Assembly (NCBI GenBank): GCA_002269645.1
Contig: NIVC01000418.1
Location: 1-64,000 of the forward strand
Source: Macrostomum lignano
Lineage: Eukaryota
Length of the DNA stretch: 64,000 bases
Direction: 5' to 3'
Of this stretch, positions 38,758 through 51,900 are shown in pieces (position 1 is the first letter of the stretch; the number at the start of each line of letters is the position of its first letter). The translations under genes and the position numbers were made by a program. Below the pieces are notes generated by a model. The model searched no databases and was not told the origin of the DNA. It saw only the letters and a list, made by a program, of their open reading frames with translations.

Positions 38758-38960
38758 AGGGTGTCTGTCCCTGAGAATGGGAGCTAGGGTGTCTGTCCTT
38801 GATAATGGGAGCTTGGGTGTCTGTCCCTGAGAATGGGAGCTAGGGTGTCTGTCCCTGAGAATGGGAGCTAGGGTGTCTGTCCTTGAGAATGGGAGCTTGG
38901 GTGTCTGTCCCTGAGAATGGGAGAGTGTCCGTCCCTGAGAATGGGAGAGTGTCTGTCTGT
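38758..38960. repeat. ~28-29-bp minisatellite
   Basis: GGGTGTCTGTCCCTGAGAATGGGAGCTA units. Confidence 0.88.
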
Positions 38961-39319
38961 CACCCTGCAAATCTCTTGGTCTTTCCGAATGATTCCAAAG
39001 TCATCTACCACTAATTGTCTCCAGTTGACAGTGCTTAAAAGAAACAAAAGGGAAAATTGAAGAGCAAAATACTTACCACAGTCAGTCATTACAGCTGTTT
39101 CTATTTTTACGTAGCTACGAGCGTACTTTATAACCCACGGAATTCCCGCGCTCACACATTGCAAAGTGCGCTGGTTTTTCCGAGGTGCAGCCGAAGACTC
39201 GCCATCGCTTCAGCATAAATATTGTAAATTCTGTTCGAGACTTTGAACTCTCATCAGAAAACTGAAGAATCATACTCTTCAAGAAGCAGCAATTGTTGCA
39301 GCAACTCAAATCACTAGCA

Positions 39320-39642
39320 ATGTCCAGCCAGCAAGCCAGATCCGCCAGGCCAGTCGCCAAGGACCCGTTCAGGTTCTTCTACTACAAGGGCGAGAGCGAA
39401 GAGTCGAAGGCGATGCTACGCCGAATGGTCGGCGCCTCAGCCAGGGTTCTCGTGCAGCCCAGCATCAGCTGCGTCATCACCAATCCGGACCTGATGGAGC
39501 GGGTCAGAGGTGAGTGACTCACTGCTGCTTTGAGCATTTCTGCTTTTAGATTTCCTGTTTTTGGCTGCACCTGACTGAGACAATTTCACACCGCTGACTT
39601 GCAGAGTCTGACCAGAAGGGCAACGTCAGGTCGAGCGGCTGA
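39320..39642 (+). CDS. Small-protein cluster copy 6 (75 aa), inverted relative to copies 1-4
   Basis: Near-identical reverse complement of copy 4, including intron and exon 2. Confidence 0.65.
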
Positions 39643-39962
39643 GCGCCGGAGGACATCCCTTATATGATGTCATGCCTTTTTGTGCATAGATTTCAAATGA
39701 CAATAGCTTACAATGGAAACGCATTGAGTCAAATAAATGCTTTCTCTGCTCGAGCTGAGCACTGCTCTGTACAGACTCGGACTCATCTCTGCTTATAAAA
39801 TGTATGAACAATAAATTCCTTGGCCTGAGTAACATTGCTTTTATTGCAGTATTGGATTTTCAATACGTCAAAAATTTCTTTTTTTTGCTTTCTTGGCAAC
39901 AAGTCCATTATTCTAAAATACTTTCTAATAGTTTTAGCTTGTGGTGAAAAAATAATTGGCAA

Positions 39963-41472
39963 AGTGACTGGCGCTGACTGTAGATTGAGATTGGAGTGAC
40001 TGGCACTGACTATAGATTGAGATTGGAGTGACTGGCACTGACTATAGATGGAGACTGGAGTGACTTTCACCGACTGTAGATTGAGATAAGAGTGACTGGC
40101 ACTGACTATAGATTGAGATTGGAGTGACTTTCACTGACTGTAGATTGAGATTGGAGTGACTGACACTGACTGTAGATTGAGATTGGAGTGAGTTTCACTG
40201 ACTGTGAGATCGGAGTGACTGGCACTGACTATAGATTGAGATTGGAGTGACTTTCACTGACTGTAGATTGAGATCGGAGTGACTGGCACTGACTATAGAT
40301 TTAGATCGGAGTGACTGGCACTGACTATAGATTGAGATTGGAGTGACTTTCACTGACTGTAGATTGAGATTGGAGTGACTGACACTGACTGTAGATTGAG
40401 ATTGGAGTGAGTTTCACTGACTGTGAGATCGGAGTGACTGGCACTGACTATAGATTGAGATTGGAGTGACTTTCACTGACTGTAGATTGAGATCGGAGTG
40501 ACTGGCACTGACTATAGATTTAGATCGGAGTGACTGGCACTGACTATAAATTGAGATCAGAGTGACTTTCACTGACTGTAGATTGAGATCGGAGTGACTG
40601 GCACTGACTGTAGATTGAGATTGGAGTGACTGGCACTGACTATAGATTGAGATTTGAGTGGGTTTCACTGACTATAGATTGAGATTGGAGTGACTGGCAC
40701 TGACTGTAGATTGAGATCGGAGTGACTGACACTGACTGAAGATTGAGATCAGAGTGACTGGCACTGACTCTAGATTGAGATTGGAGTGACTTTCACCGAC
40801 TGTAGATTCAGATTGGAGTGACTGGCACTGACTATAGATTGAGATTGGAGTGAGTTTCACTGACTATAGATTGAGATTGGAGTGACTGGCACTGACTGTA
40901 GATTGAGATTAGAGTGACTGGCACTGACTGTAGATTGAGATCGGAGTGACTTTTACTGACTGTAGATTGAGATTGGAGTGGCTTTCATCGACTGTAGATT
41001 GAGATTGGAGTGACTGACACTGACTGAAGATTGAGATCAGAGTGACTGGCACTGACTATAGATTGAGATTGGAGTGAGTTTCACTGACTATAGATTGAGA
41101 TTGGAGTGACTGGCACTGACTGTAGATTGAGATTATAGTGACTGGCACTGACTGTAGATTGAGATCGGAGTGACTTTTACTGACTGAAGATTGAGATCAG
41201 AGTGACTGGCACTGACTATAGATTGAGATTGGAGTGACTGGCACTGACTATAGATTGAGATCGGAGTGACTGGCACTGACTATAGATTGAGATCGGAGTG
41301 ACTGGAACTGACTATAGATTGAGATTGGAGTGACTGGCACTGACTGTAGATTGAGATTGGAGTGACTGACACTGACTGAAGATTGAGATCAGAGTGACTG
41401 GCACTGACTGTAGATTGAGATTGGAGTGACTTTCATCGACTGTAGATTGAGATTGGAGTGACTGGCACTGAC
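39963..41472 (-). repeat. 32-bp minisatellite, inverted and expanded copy
   Basis: Reverse complement of the 33536-33898 unit. Confidence 0.93.
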
Positions 41473-41899
41473 TTATCACGTTAACGTAGTGCGTTACTGC
41501 TGGCTAGGTACACTAATACTTCATGCAATTATTATTTGCTTGAAACGTTTCTTTGATAAAATTAAACTGGCGAAACTAAGTCACGCCATATGGAGCTGGC
41601 AGATATTCTTTCTTCAATATACAGTGTAGTGTATTTTTAGTCCTAAACGGGTTTATATAAAATTTCCAGTAAATAAAAGACTAGTGTCGCCTCTTATTAC
41701 TTTAGTCGTCCTCAATTACTACATTTACACTTACCTGTAGTACGAACTTTATACGTTGCAGAAGAATTACGCTATTTCTGAAAAATTTCAGAAGATTCAC
41801 GCATTTGTAGAAAAGTGCAAACGGACGCTTGCGGGAGAAGCGACACGAAGGAAGGCTACGTGGATCGGAGGGAAGGCCACCACGGAAACGGAGCTAATC

Positions 41900-42290
41900 A
41901 CAGCTCGTCACAGCCATCATTCCCGCCTTATAAGGACCCAGTTCACCTCCTCCTCCATGCTGAAGTGCTGGCACCAGCTTGCAACAAGGACTTTTTGATG
42001 CGGGGAAGAGGAAGAGGTCGCATGGGCTGAGGTCCAGGGACTTTTGGCCGATACTAATAGGGCAGATGTGCAACCGCAATAACAGCTCAGTCGTTGCGCG
42101 GCGCATCTGAAGGCTGCGTACGGCTGTTGAGTCCAAGGACTGGGACTGGGCAGCCAAAACCTGTGTGTAATCTGGCTGCCCATATTTGTTCTACTTAGCC
42201 TAGGCGCAAGGCGTAACAGATTTTCGGCCCCACCTGTATGCTCTCCAATGTTTTCAAAAAAGAACAGACAGTGGAAGCGCAAGCTTCAAA
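41900..42290 (-). mobile_element. Degenerate Tc1/mariner transposase remnant
   Basis: Minus-strand SLDLSPCDLFLFP (compare mariner YSPDLAP.DF.LF), followed after a frameshift by HFSMEEEV; no intact ORF or TIRs seen. Confidence 0.4.
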
Positions 42291-42545
42291 ATCCAATACA
42301 TGTTACACAGCTACAAATGCCCACTGTATTATAAAATTAGCATGCTAGAATCCTAATTTTCTAAACCAAAAACTCTATGAAAATCAATAAAGCTGTAAGA
42401 AAGGCAAAATAATACATGCATGTACGGTACATACTCCTGTCAAAAGCAATAACAATTTTTGTGCTAAAAAAAGAAATCCCAATTCTCCTTAATATACCTT
42501 TCTGTAAAACCTGTCCCCTAATTTTTTCTAAGAAACGTATCGTAC
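42290..42545 (+). repeat. Dispersed copy related to the right half of the 53.1-53.5 kb foldback
   Basis: Shared collinear blocks GAATCCTAATTTTCT, TAAGAAAGGCA, AAAGCAATAACAAT, TTTTCTAAGA.ACGTA. Confidence 0.55.
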
Positions 42546-43300
42546 TTGTTCTTGAAATTTACGTGTAAATTGTACATGCATGTACACTGTTTAAAATAAA
42601 TGGACGATGCATGCGTATGGACGTGCGCATGCGCATGGACGTGATGCATGCGTAGTGTGCACATTTCTTTCCTGAACTTTAATTGACGATTTGATAAACG
42701 TACTTCATATACAGAAAATTTACATAGCAAATTATCGGGACCACTTGTTTCTTGCTGCTGTCGACGCAGTACCACTAAGTGTAAATTTAATTAACTGCTT
42801 AACAATACTTTGCATTGTGTCATGCTGTTCGCTCATTATTCCACGCTTAGGAATCATTATTTTAGGCTTCTAAAAATACATTCATGAGACAATGTGTTTG
42901 TGTATATGGTTTTGTCATAGACAATGATAAATTTTAGTCACTCGTGGCTAATTCATGGCGAAAAATGAGGCTCGTTTAAAAGCATTGTACTAAACGTTCA
43001 ATGATTGAAAAACATTGTCGCTAGTCAGTGCTTTTAGATAATGTTTTGTCTATGGTAAAAACTGTCGCAACTTTGATTTCACTTTATAGCCTGTGGTTCT
43101 AGCGTCACTTCTGGATAATGTCCTTGAGTTCTGGATAATGTCCACGACTTGTGGATAATGTCCACAATTTATTTAGAAAACAGCATACCACACAGTAACA
43201 ATAAAATTCAATACAACAATGCACAGTAACAAAAAGGTAACAAAAAAACTAGGAAATACTCTTGAAATTTTGGCATATAGTGTCAGTTGCCCATAAATTC

Positions 43301-44883
43301 TCACAGACTGCATTGGTTGAACGTGCAGTTTTGCATAACGAAGATGTTCTTGCCATTTGGATGAGCGTTTGCGAAGTTGACCGCCTCCTGGACCGTTGAG
43401 CTCTGGATGTTGACTGGGCACACGCTCGTGTTGATTGCTGGGCTATCTGTTGTACTGGCTGATGGGCACGCGCTCGTAATAACATGGCCGTTTGAATCAG
43501 GTGTAGTGTTTTTCTCCATGTCCAGTACCTTGGTTACGGCGTCGCTGCACTTCTTTAGCACCTTGTCACGTCTGATTGAGAGATATCGGCGAACGGTTTT
43601 TTCGCACTTCTGGCCAGTTATCGCCATGATGTCGGCCATGGAATGCCCAGCTGCTTCTAAGTCGCACACCCTGCTGACTCTAAAATATTGGGCAAACGGT
43701 ATTACACAATTGTAAGCATCTTGAGGCATTGCCTAAAGGCTAAATTAAGCTACACCTTTGGCAAAGGAGATTTACCTGATGCAGTGGTTGGTGTAAACTT
43801 TGGATAGCTTGGCCTTCCCACTCAGCGTCTTCATAAAGTTGTTGAGATAGTTTACGCCTCTCTTCTGCTTAGCACAAAACCGCCGTGCTCCAGTCGGCGA
43901 ATTTCTTAGCGGTCTTGGGAACAGAGAATTGTCCTTCGTTTCACCAGGCAGGAGAGACAAATACTCATCTATAATTGCTGTGTCATATATCCTGGCCTGC
44001 TTGATTTCGACGTCTCTTTTGGCTTTCGCCGGATCAGCTGTCCTGTTCTTGGTCTTCGACGATGATAGTGCGTAGTATATCCTTCCGTCTGAGTCGCTTT
44101 CTCTAACCAATCCTTTGTCTCCAAGCTCGCAAGGTGCTCTCTGCCTCGTTCTCCCAGTCCGTACAGCAGCCGAAACAGCATCTCGTCCTGTGTAACTTCG
44201 GCAGTTGAGCGGTCAAAGTAAAGACGCAGCTTTTGCATGTCTCCTTCCTCAATTGGAGGAAACGGTCGAACCTGACCTCCTGAGGATTGCCACTCACGGA
44301 CTTTGAACCGCAGTAGACGATTAGCTCCGGAAAATTCTTCTTCGCTAAGAATGTTAATGTTGAGTCCCGCAATCATTGTCAAATAGCGTTGGATTCCAGC
44401 ACGTATGCAGACTAGGCTTGACGGCGAATAGCTGCCTCCGTCAGCGCGTCGTAGTTTGAAATAGAAATACCTCAGAAACTCTGCCAGCGTGGCAGTAGTC
44501 AATTCGTGCACGGCTGCTCCATGCTCAGCTAGAAAGTTGACAAAACTTGAGCCGTATGCCAACATCTGCTCCCGAGTCTTGCTCGGCAAACTTGCAACTT
44601 CTTCGCGTGCCATCGTTTCAGTTATATCGAGCGGCACTGCCGGTCCTTCGGTCATGCATGAGACTTCTTCCACGTCTTCATTTTCATCCGGTAGCAACGG
44701 CAATTCGTCACTTGCTCCTCCCTCTTCGATGTACTTGATAAATGTGGCTAGGTCTTCGTCAACTGCGAAGTCGTTTCCCGAAGTCGATAGCATTGAAATA
44801 AAATCCATTTCGGAGCGTGTGACACCAGAGAGACAACTAATCGGCAAGTTAGCCCAGTTAATCAGATGCACTTGGTCTGCCAT
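43301..44883 (-). CDS. Tyrosine recombinase of Crypton/DUF3504 type; one 96-nt intron and one frameshift (~44112)
   Basis: N-domain LAEFLRYFYFKLRRADGGSYSPSSLVCIRAGIQRYL; catalytic R in GERGREHL; YTNHCIR spans intron 43775-43680 (GT-AG) and continues VSRVCDLEAAGHSMADIMAITGQKCEKTVRRY (HxxR, TG-x, catalytic Y). Confidence 0.85.
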
Positions 44884-45057
44884 GATGCTTTTCTTGTAGC
44901 AGGGTTATTTGAGAGCTTTCATTTTCTCCACCCTCTCTCTCCTCTGTGCCTTTTTTCTTTGAAAACAGTCTATGGCCAAAAACTATGATAAGCAGCCTAT
45001 GGCCATACAAGTTCAACCAAATATTTTGTCTATGGTACTTCCGAGCGACAATGAAGC

Positions 45058-45218
45058 TAGACAAAGGTCGGAACTCAGGATAATGGGTGGGGGCACTCGT
45101 GCGTTGAATTCAGCAACACCATAGACACTCGTGCGCTACGCGCACTCGTGATCTAGGCGTTGCTGAATTTAGCACACTCGTGCCCCCACCCATTATCCTG
45201 AGTTCCGACCTTCGTCTA
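45058..45218. repeat. Imperfect palindrome, 63-bp arms with 35-bp spacer
   Basis: Arm 45058-45120 matches the reverse complement of 45156-45218 at about 56/63 positions; four direct CACTCGTG copies. Confidence 0.9.
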
Positions 45219-47306
45219 ACCACCCATTAGGAATAGAAACTCACAGGAAAGTTACGCATTTTAACACATGCGCTAACAAATATATGTATCATTTTGGAGG
45301 GGTTTTTAGGGGTATAGCAATCAAGCCAGATTGTTGCAGGCTTTGAATGTCTATGGCCGAAGCCACACAACTAAGGCTAGCTGGAGATAAACCAATGTAC
45401 ACATGTAACAATTTTGATTTATAGTTATAGTATAGCATATACGAGCCTATAAAGTTGAGCGTTGTGAGTGTCGCTGATGCAAAATCTATCTTAAACTGTA
45501 GCAACAGCGCAGCTAGCGTATACTTTTGGCAAAAAAGCTACAGAAATTTAAAAAATAGGATTTTTATTTCTGGGGCACATGTATCTACTAGATGTTAATT
45601 CACCAGATGTGTTTGCTCGTTTTTCTGCTTGATTTTTATTTTTAATCTAAATTTTTATTAAAAAATATGGGGATTATATATTCCTGCAGATTTAACTATA
45701 AAAGATAAAGATATGAGTGACTGTTTCGATTGCATGCCGCGATAACTTGACAAGTGACAAGCCTAAATCCGAAGAATATCTGATTGTAAACAAAATATCC
45801 AATGAATATAGTTAATGTATGATTAAGGTAAACTTTTGGTTTGTTAATAAGTAATATAAATATACACAGATTATATTGTTAAACAGAAACGCTTTTTCTT
45901 TTTGACACAAGTACAGTTAGCAAATTTTTAACTTAGGGACTTAAAATATCTTTTTAAAGTGCATGAGCGCTTTTGCTGAAATGACCTTGTTCATCGTATA
46001 ACTATCTCTTAATAAATGATAAAATTATATAATATTATAGTTATGTCGCGCCTAGAAATAAATTCTGTTGTTTCATAATTTGTTACTTAATAATTAACTC
46101 GGAGAGACTCTAAAAAATAACTGAGAGTTTCCTTCATTTTTAGCAACATTTTCCTTGTTGAAATTTCATAATTTCAGTTACACTGTATATAATTTTACAC
46201 TATTTATTTTGCTAAAAGAATTGCTAAAGAATTAAAAATTTTTATTCAGGCATGTCTCTACTCAGTATTGTTGACTTAGGCTGGTCACTGACGACGCTGA
46301 CTCACACTTGCTGGTGTAAAATCAAAATGAAACTATTTCTATTTGAGTAACAATAGGTAGGCCTAAACTAATACTAGATACATAATACATTAGCATTAGG
46401 ATCCAATGTTAGATCTTTATTATTAATATTAGTATGGCCTGTTCTAGGTCTCTATAAATACCAAAATATATTTAAGCTTATTTCAGAAGTATATAGAGCC
46501 TAAGAAAATAGCTTGAAATGATTAAAAATATATATATTGTACTTATGCTACTTTTTATGAAACTATGGTTTTTAGCATTCCCTTTTATATATAAATTTTA
46601 TATTGAATATACATATATTATACACAAAGTTCTACAAATAACTGGCTCTAAAAACTATTTAAACAAAGAAAAGTTTTCACAAAATAATTTTATGTTGCTA
46701 TTACTTGTTTTTATTTGATAACTTCTTTTTAAATTAAGTAGCATAAAGGGCCAACTATTTGACATGTTTTTCTAATTTCATCAAGTTCAACTTTATATAT
46801 AAAAATTGGTCATCTTTATCATGTATATTTCACATCTTCTAGAACATCTAAAAGTAAAATTTTTCCATTGAACAAAACTACAAAAAATAAAATAAAATAA
46901 AATATGACTTCATAGATTTCTACCAAAATTGTCTTTTTTTATTTCATTAACAATATATTTTATTATTTTAAAAAACCTTTTATTCCAAATAGAATAATAG
47001 TCTTTTTTATTATGGCAAAAATTCTTTTATCCCCTAGCATAACTATGACACAAAACACCTAGATAAAGATATCAGTATGCCATGCTCTTTAATATGATTA
47101 GAAATAGTCTTAATTTTTCATCAAGAATATGACTTTGTAGACCATGGAAGTAAAACTCTTAAAATTAACTATATGGTGATTGTTCTAGCTAAATTTATAC
47201 ATAGTAATGTTTTGTTTTTTACATTTTTAAGTAGATCTTTAACTTTATCTTTAAGCTGAGACTCGCTGCCACCACACTAGGCCACACTGGCCCCACCCTA
47301 GTTGCC

Positions 47307-48577
47307 ATGGCAACAGCCATAACTCTACTATGTGGCATCCCCGCTGTTCAACACATTGCCACTCGCCATTTATTCGCCAAAACCGAAGTTGACTTTGCCA
47401 CTTGTGCTGGGTGCGAGTGCTGGGACACGATCAGCGTGGGATCGAGAGAGACGCCTGGACACCATGCCTATCACAGCGTTTACTGGAATAGCAATGGGTG
47501 CACATTGGCCATGTACTGCCTCACTGTGCTGCAGGTGTGCAATCTTATAGTGTTTGTGTATTTTATGAATAAAAAGGGCTTTTGTGAATCGATAAATCTC
47601 CCATAAAGGGGATATTGTGAATCGATAAATCTCCCATAAAGAGAGAATATTGAGAATCGATAAATCTCCCATAAAGGGGATATTGTGAATCGATAAATCT
47701 CCCATAAAGGGGATATTGTGAATCGTTAAATCTCCCATAAAGGGGATATTGTGAATCGATAAATCTTCCTTAAAGGGGGGATATTGTGAATTGCTATATC
47801 TCCCATAAACGAGATAATTGTGAATCACCAAGTGTCACATACAACAAGTTTCAACATAGAACGGATAGGTTAAGAAACAGCGAGTGTTTTCTGATTGCAC
47901 TGCTAGTTTATGATGAAGTGTTTGAATTTGAAGCCACTCCAAGGTCACCCTTGTTGTAATCAAAGCATAATTTAATGATGAAATCATCATCACAGGCGCT
48001 GCTATGTTACAAAGCTGTCGAGAGCCTCACCTGCATTGTCATGCGCCACGGCCTCAGTAAACTTCGTCCAGCTTTCGTCTGCCTAACTTTGCTCAACATC
48101 TATCCCAACTATTACTCCTGGTGGAGCTATTTAATGTACCTGAACGAGAAGACGCCAATGTACAGTCTTATTAGGCATCATATGTACTTTTACGCTAGCG
48201 AGCTAATCGTTGCCGCGCTAGTATTGCACCTGTGCAATGTCGAATCGGCTATCAATCGAGTCAAGTTGTCAATTGTGTTCTGCTTAGCGGCGTCGCACCT
48301 GGTCAGCGGATTCGCCGATCATTACCTGTTCGACCCGGCATCTGCGGCTGTGCGAGCCAGTAGGCTGGCTTCTTTCATGCACCACTCGAGAAATGCCGGC
48401 CTCATGCTGCCAGACTTGGCTCACGTATTGGTTTCTGGACGATATCTGCAGCCAATGCTGGCCAAAGCCAACACAGTTGAAGGCTTGCAGCTCGAGTCGC
48501 CTTGGAGCTGCTGGTGGCGGTGGGCCATACTATTGGCCGTCTCAATGCTGCTGTTTTGTGTCAGCCAGGCGCTGTAA
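47307..48577 (+). CDS. Uncharacterised multi-pass membrane protein (~269 aa, 2 exons)
   Basis: Exons 47307-47534 and 47996-48577 join in phase 0 (LQ|ALLCY). Several hydrophobic segments; motifs CAGCECWD, YHSVYWN, YPNYYSWWSYLMYLNE, SELIVAALVLHL, RNAGLMLPDLAH. The start codon is not certain. Confidence 0.7.
47585..47826. repeat. ~33-34-bp minisatellite in the membrane-protein intron
   Basis: GTGAATCGATAAATCTCCCATAAAGGGGATATT. Confidence 0.88.
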
Positions 48578-48755
48578 AGATTGTGCTCAAATAATTTCCT
48601 ACTTCATGATAATTCTAGTGATTCTGTATCAAAATGCGCGTATTGTTTGAAGGAACCACTCGGCATGCCATCCAGATCTTTCACTGGAGGGGTGCGCTTT
48701 GTTTATTTGATTTGCCGTTTCATTTGAAGGGTTGCCCGGGTCAGGAGCACCACTG

Positions 48756-48984
48756 CGGGGGCGTCGCCATGGTTTTTTGGCCGAAAATGTCTGCATGACT
48801 TAAATTCCTACATTGATTTGGGAATCAGTGTTTCTAGCATCCTTTTTAGCGCCGCAGGCCTCCATTCGGGTGCCGAAGGCGCTATATTGTGGCGCCACGA
48901 AGCAAAAAATTATTGATTTCCATAACGGATCACAAGGTGGGGTGGGGGGATTCCGCCCTGTTTACCCCCGTGGCGACGCCCCTG
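48756..48984. mobile_element. MITE with 17-bp TIRs
   Basis: CGGGGGCGTCGCCATGG / CCGTGGCGACGCCCCTG (15/17); no clean TSD. Confidence 0.55.
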
Positions 48985-51900
48985 AGCATCAGCACCATCG
49001 GCAGCAACCCTAGGGACGCTAAAGCTGTACTTAAGGGGGCTGAAAGAAGTCTTATTTTATTTACTTTTTAATAGTTTAATTAAGCTTTTAATCACATTTG
49101 TTTTATCGTGACAACACGTTAATCTCCCATGCAATATTTGCTACGTGGTAGTTTTTTAGTAACTGTTTATGTCATCTTTTTACTGCCTTTTTTTCAACTG
49201 AAGCTAATTATGTTATCCTTTCCTTTGTACAAACTGCAGAACTGCTTTTTTGTTACTAAAAATGCATTTGTCTTTTTTTAGTAGCATATTTAGTAGCATA
49301 CTGAATCTGTGCGTATGCTTTGCTCAAAAAATCGTTCATTCATATTCTTTGATTTTTTATAGTATTAAATAGATTTTGAGTTCTGTAGCTGTTAAGATAT
49401 TGGTAAAACTTCAGTTATCAGAGGCACGAGATTTCGCTTCCTCTCTGAGCTTCGTAAATCAGTGCAATTCCCGACATTTGACTGACCCAATTGGAGTACC
49501 GACAATTTATTTAGGTTTGGGTTAATCGTTCGGGTTGAGTTGTTAAGATTAAATTCTGTGGGCTCCCGGCGCAAGGCCTTTGGCGACATCGTCCCATAGG
49601 CCATAACCAGGATTGAGACGATTCCTGAGCACATATATAAGCGCGCCAATGCTGAACTCAGGCACGCACTCACACCCACGCTCACACAGGGTGTACATCG
49701 GCGCTGACTTTCTAATCTTCAGGCATGTACACTCTCTGTGCCGTGATGGTTGGCACTAGACTCGTTTGCGGCTCAGCTACGCTGCCCCTCAGGCTACGGT
49801 TACGAAGGTGTTTCGTAAAGCTTTTTTCACACAGTGGCTAAATTGTAGGATTACAGGTAGTCACGGGGTTTTGTTGGTGTGCTCAGATTTTTGTGCGTTT
49901 GTACGGTGGTTTTTCTGTTCCTGATGCTGGGTCTTTTGTTCGTCGGTTACTCGTGTAGATGTACGAATAGAACAGTGCATTTTATAGGCTAACCCCCGTT
50001 GACGCGAGGAGAGACTAGATACGAGACTTAGATAGACGCAAATAGAATGAACAGCATGCAATGTCTTTGCAAGCAGGCAAACAATAATGAACGCTGAGAC
50101 TTAGGACGGGTAATTAAAATTGTTGAGGTAACTACAATAGTGCCTTTATAGCTGGCAACAATGTACGCAGAGTTTTAAATACAACTTGTACAGCGTACAC
50201 CATAGAATACAGGATCTGCTTGTTAATTTAGTTAATATAAAAGACATCCAATTACAGAGTTGCATATTTTCAGACGTTTGCAGATATCCATTCCTACAAA
50301 GTTAACAAACTGTTAGCCAATCTATTTACTTTCTTTATCCTTTTAATCCGTTGCAGAAGCAGACGGCCACTTAAACTATAGAGAGCTACATTCTTAAAGC
50401 TGAGTAGCAGCGACAAGTGTGCTACATACAAGGATCTAACACAGTAAACAATCATGGACAAAGAGCACTTCAGGGTTACGGTGCATTGTGAAGTTATTAT
50501 AAAAAAGGCTACTACTCAGCAGACAAAAATACTGGTAAGAGAGATAAGTATGCTGCTAGTATGCTGTAAACCTATAATTAATTTAGCACACTTCATAAAA
50601 ATAGTTACGAAAAGATTTTTAGTATATGAAAATGAATACATGTATATTGCCTATATATCAGTTTAATACAGTCTTGCGACTATGTCGGGCCCACAGTGGG
50701 CTTCTCGTGGAGGCTAAACAATATTATCGATTTTTCACTATCAGTAAGAATTACAGGATGCGAAACTCTTGACCGCGTGTGCGTGAGATCTCTATCTCTG
50801 GAAATGTACAGTTGGTGTACAGTTCATTTGGGGGTGTCGCGATTTTCAGGTTGAGGTGGGAAGGGAAAGTGTCTTTCCGCGGATCCAAATGTACATTGGA
50901 TTCGGGGCTTTTCTTTCTATAAGATTACTGGCCCCTTCTGTTTAAGGGGCGACATTTGACTGCCAACTAGCTTACGGGGTGGGGGCACAAATTGACAAAC
51001 TGACCCTAACCCTTGAGCTTGAACGGTTGAACCCTATTCAAAATTGCTAGCGGTCAAATCAGGGCTGGTGATAAAGAACCCTGTACTCTTAATTATGAGT
51101 TCAGACGTATTACGAGTATTTTGGTTGTATTTCGAAGCGATTATATCGTTATTTTTTTAAACACTATATAGAAGCTTACTTAACTTTCAGTTGACAAACC
51201 ATTTAAGTTGCAATGGCATTCCAATGTAATTGTATAGAAATGCAAGTTGCTTAAAGTTAATGAGTTTAGGAAACTTGCTCTGCACTCGAAACTATGTATC
51301 AAGTTTTAGTTTATTTCTGAGACTAAATATGGAAATTTTTTATTGTAAACTGCATGACAGACAGGTTCTCGTTCCTTCCTACCTATTATGTAGCCAAATT
51401 CTATTGCGCTGCACCCGTATTAACACAGGCGCATTCCGAACTTCCATACATTTATATTATAGCATATAGCGTAGCTCGTTCTCGCAGTTTCTTAAGTTTC
51501 ATTTCAATTTGCTTTTGAATTTTACCGATTTTTTGACAACTTAATTAGCTAGTTATAGTGATGAGGTTTGCTCCAGTATTGTCTTCCTGTCAAGGAAAAG
51601 GAAAATACATTTTAAGTTTCATTTTCTAAGACTACGAGCGTATTTCTACTCTCAAAAGTTTATGGACAATTGGCCTGGGAAATGCACCTGCATACACACA
51701 ACTATCGATGATGCTATACCTTCTCTTGATTTCTCCTTATAATTTGGCTTCCACATGACTCAGGTGCATGCGGAAACATCGTTCTTTATCTCTTGGTCAG
51801 TGCAACCATGTCAGGCGATAAACACCTGATAATTATCGATTGCATGTGGCAATTTTCCCGTTTCGCCGACAGCACTAAGAGTTAATCAGAAAATTATTGC

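Larger units (their letters stand above)
43090..45247 (-). mobile_element. Crypton-like (DUF3504-type tyrosine recombinase) element
   Basis: Recombinase CDS 44883-43301, palindrome 45058-45218 upstream, three GGATAATGTCC repeats (43111-43163) and AATAAA (43173-43168) downstream. Outer limits are tentative. Confidence 0.7.

Noticed and set aside
49384-50160. Possible solo LTR (TG...CA ends, AATAAA on the minus strand)
   Set aside because: No matching target-site duplication, second copy, PBS or PPT.
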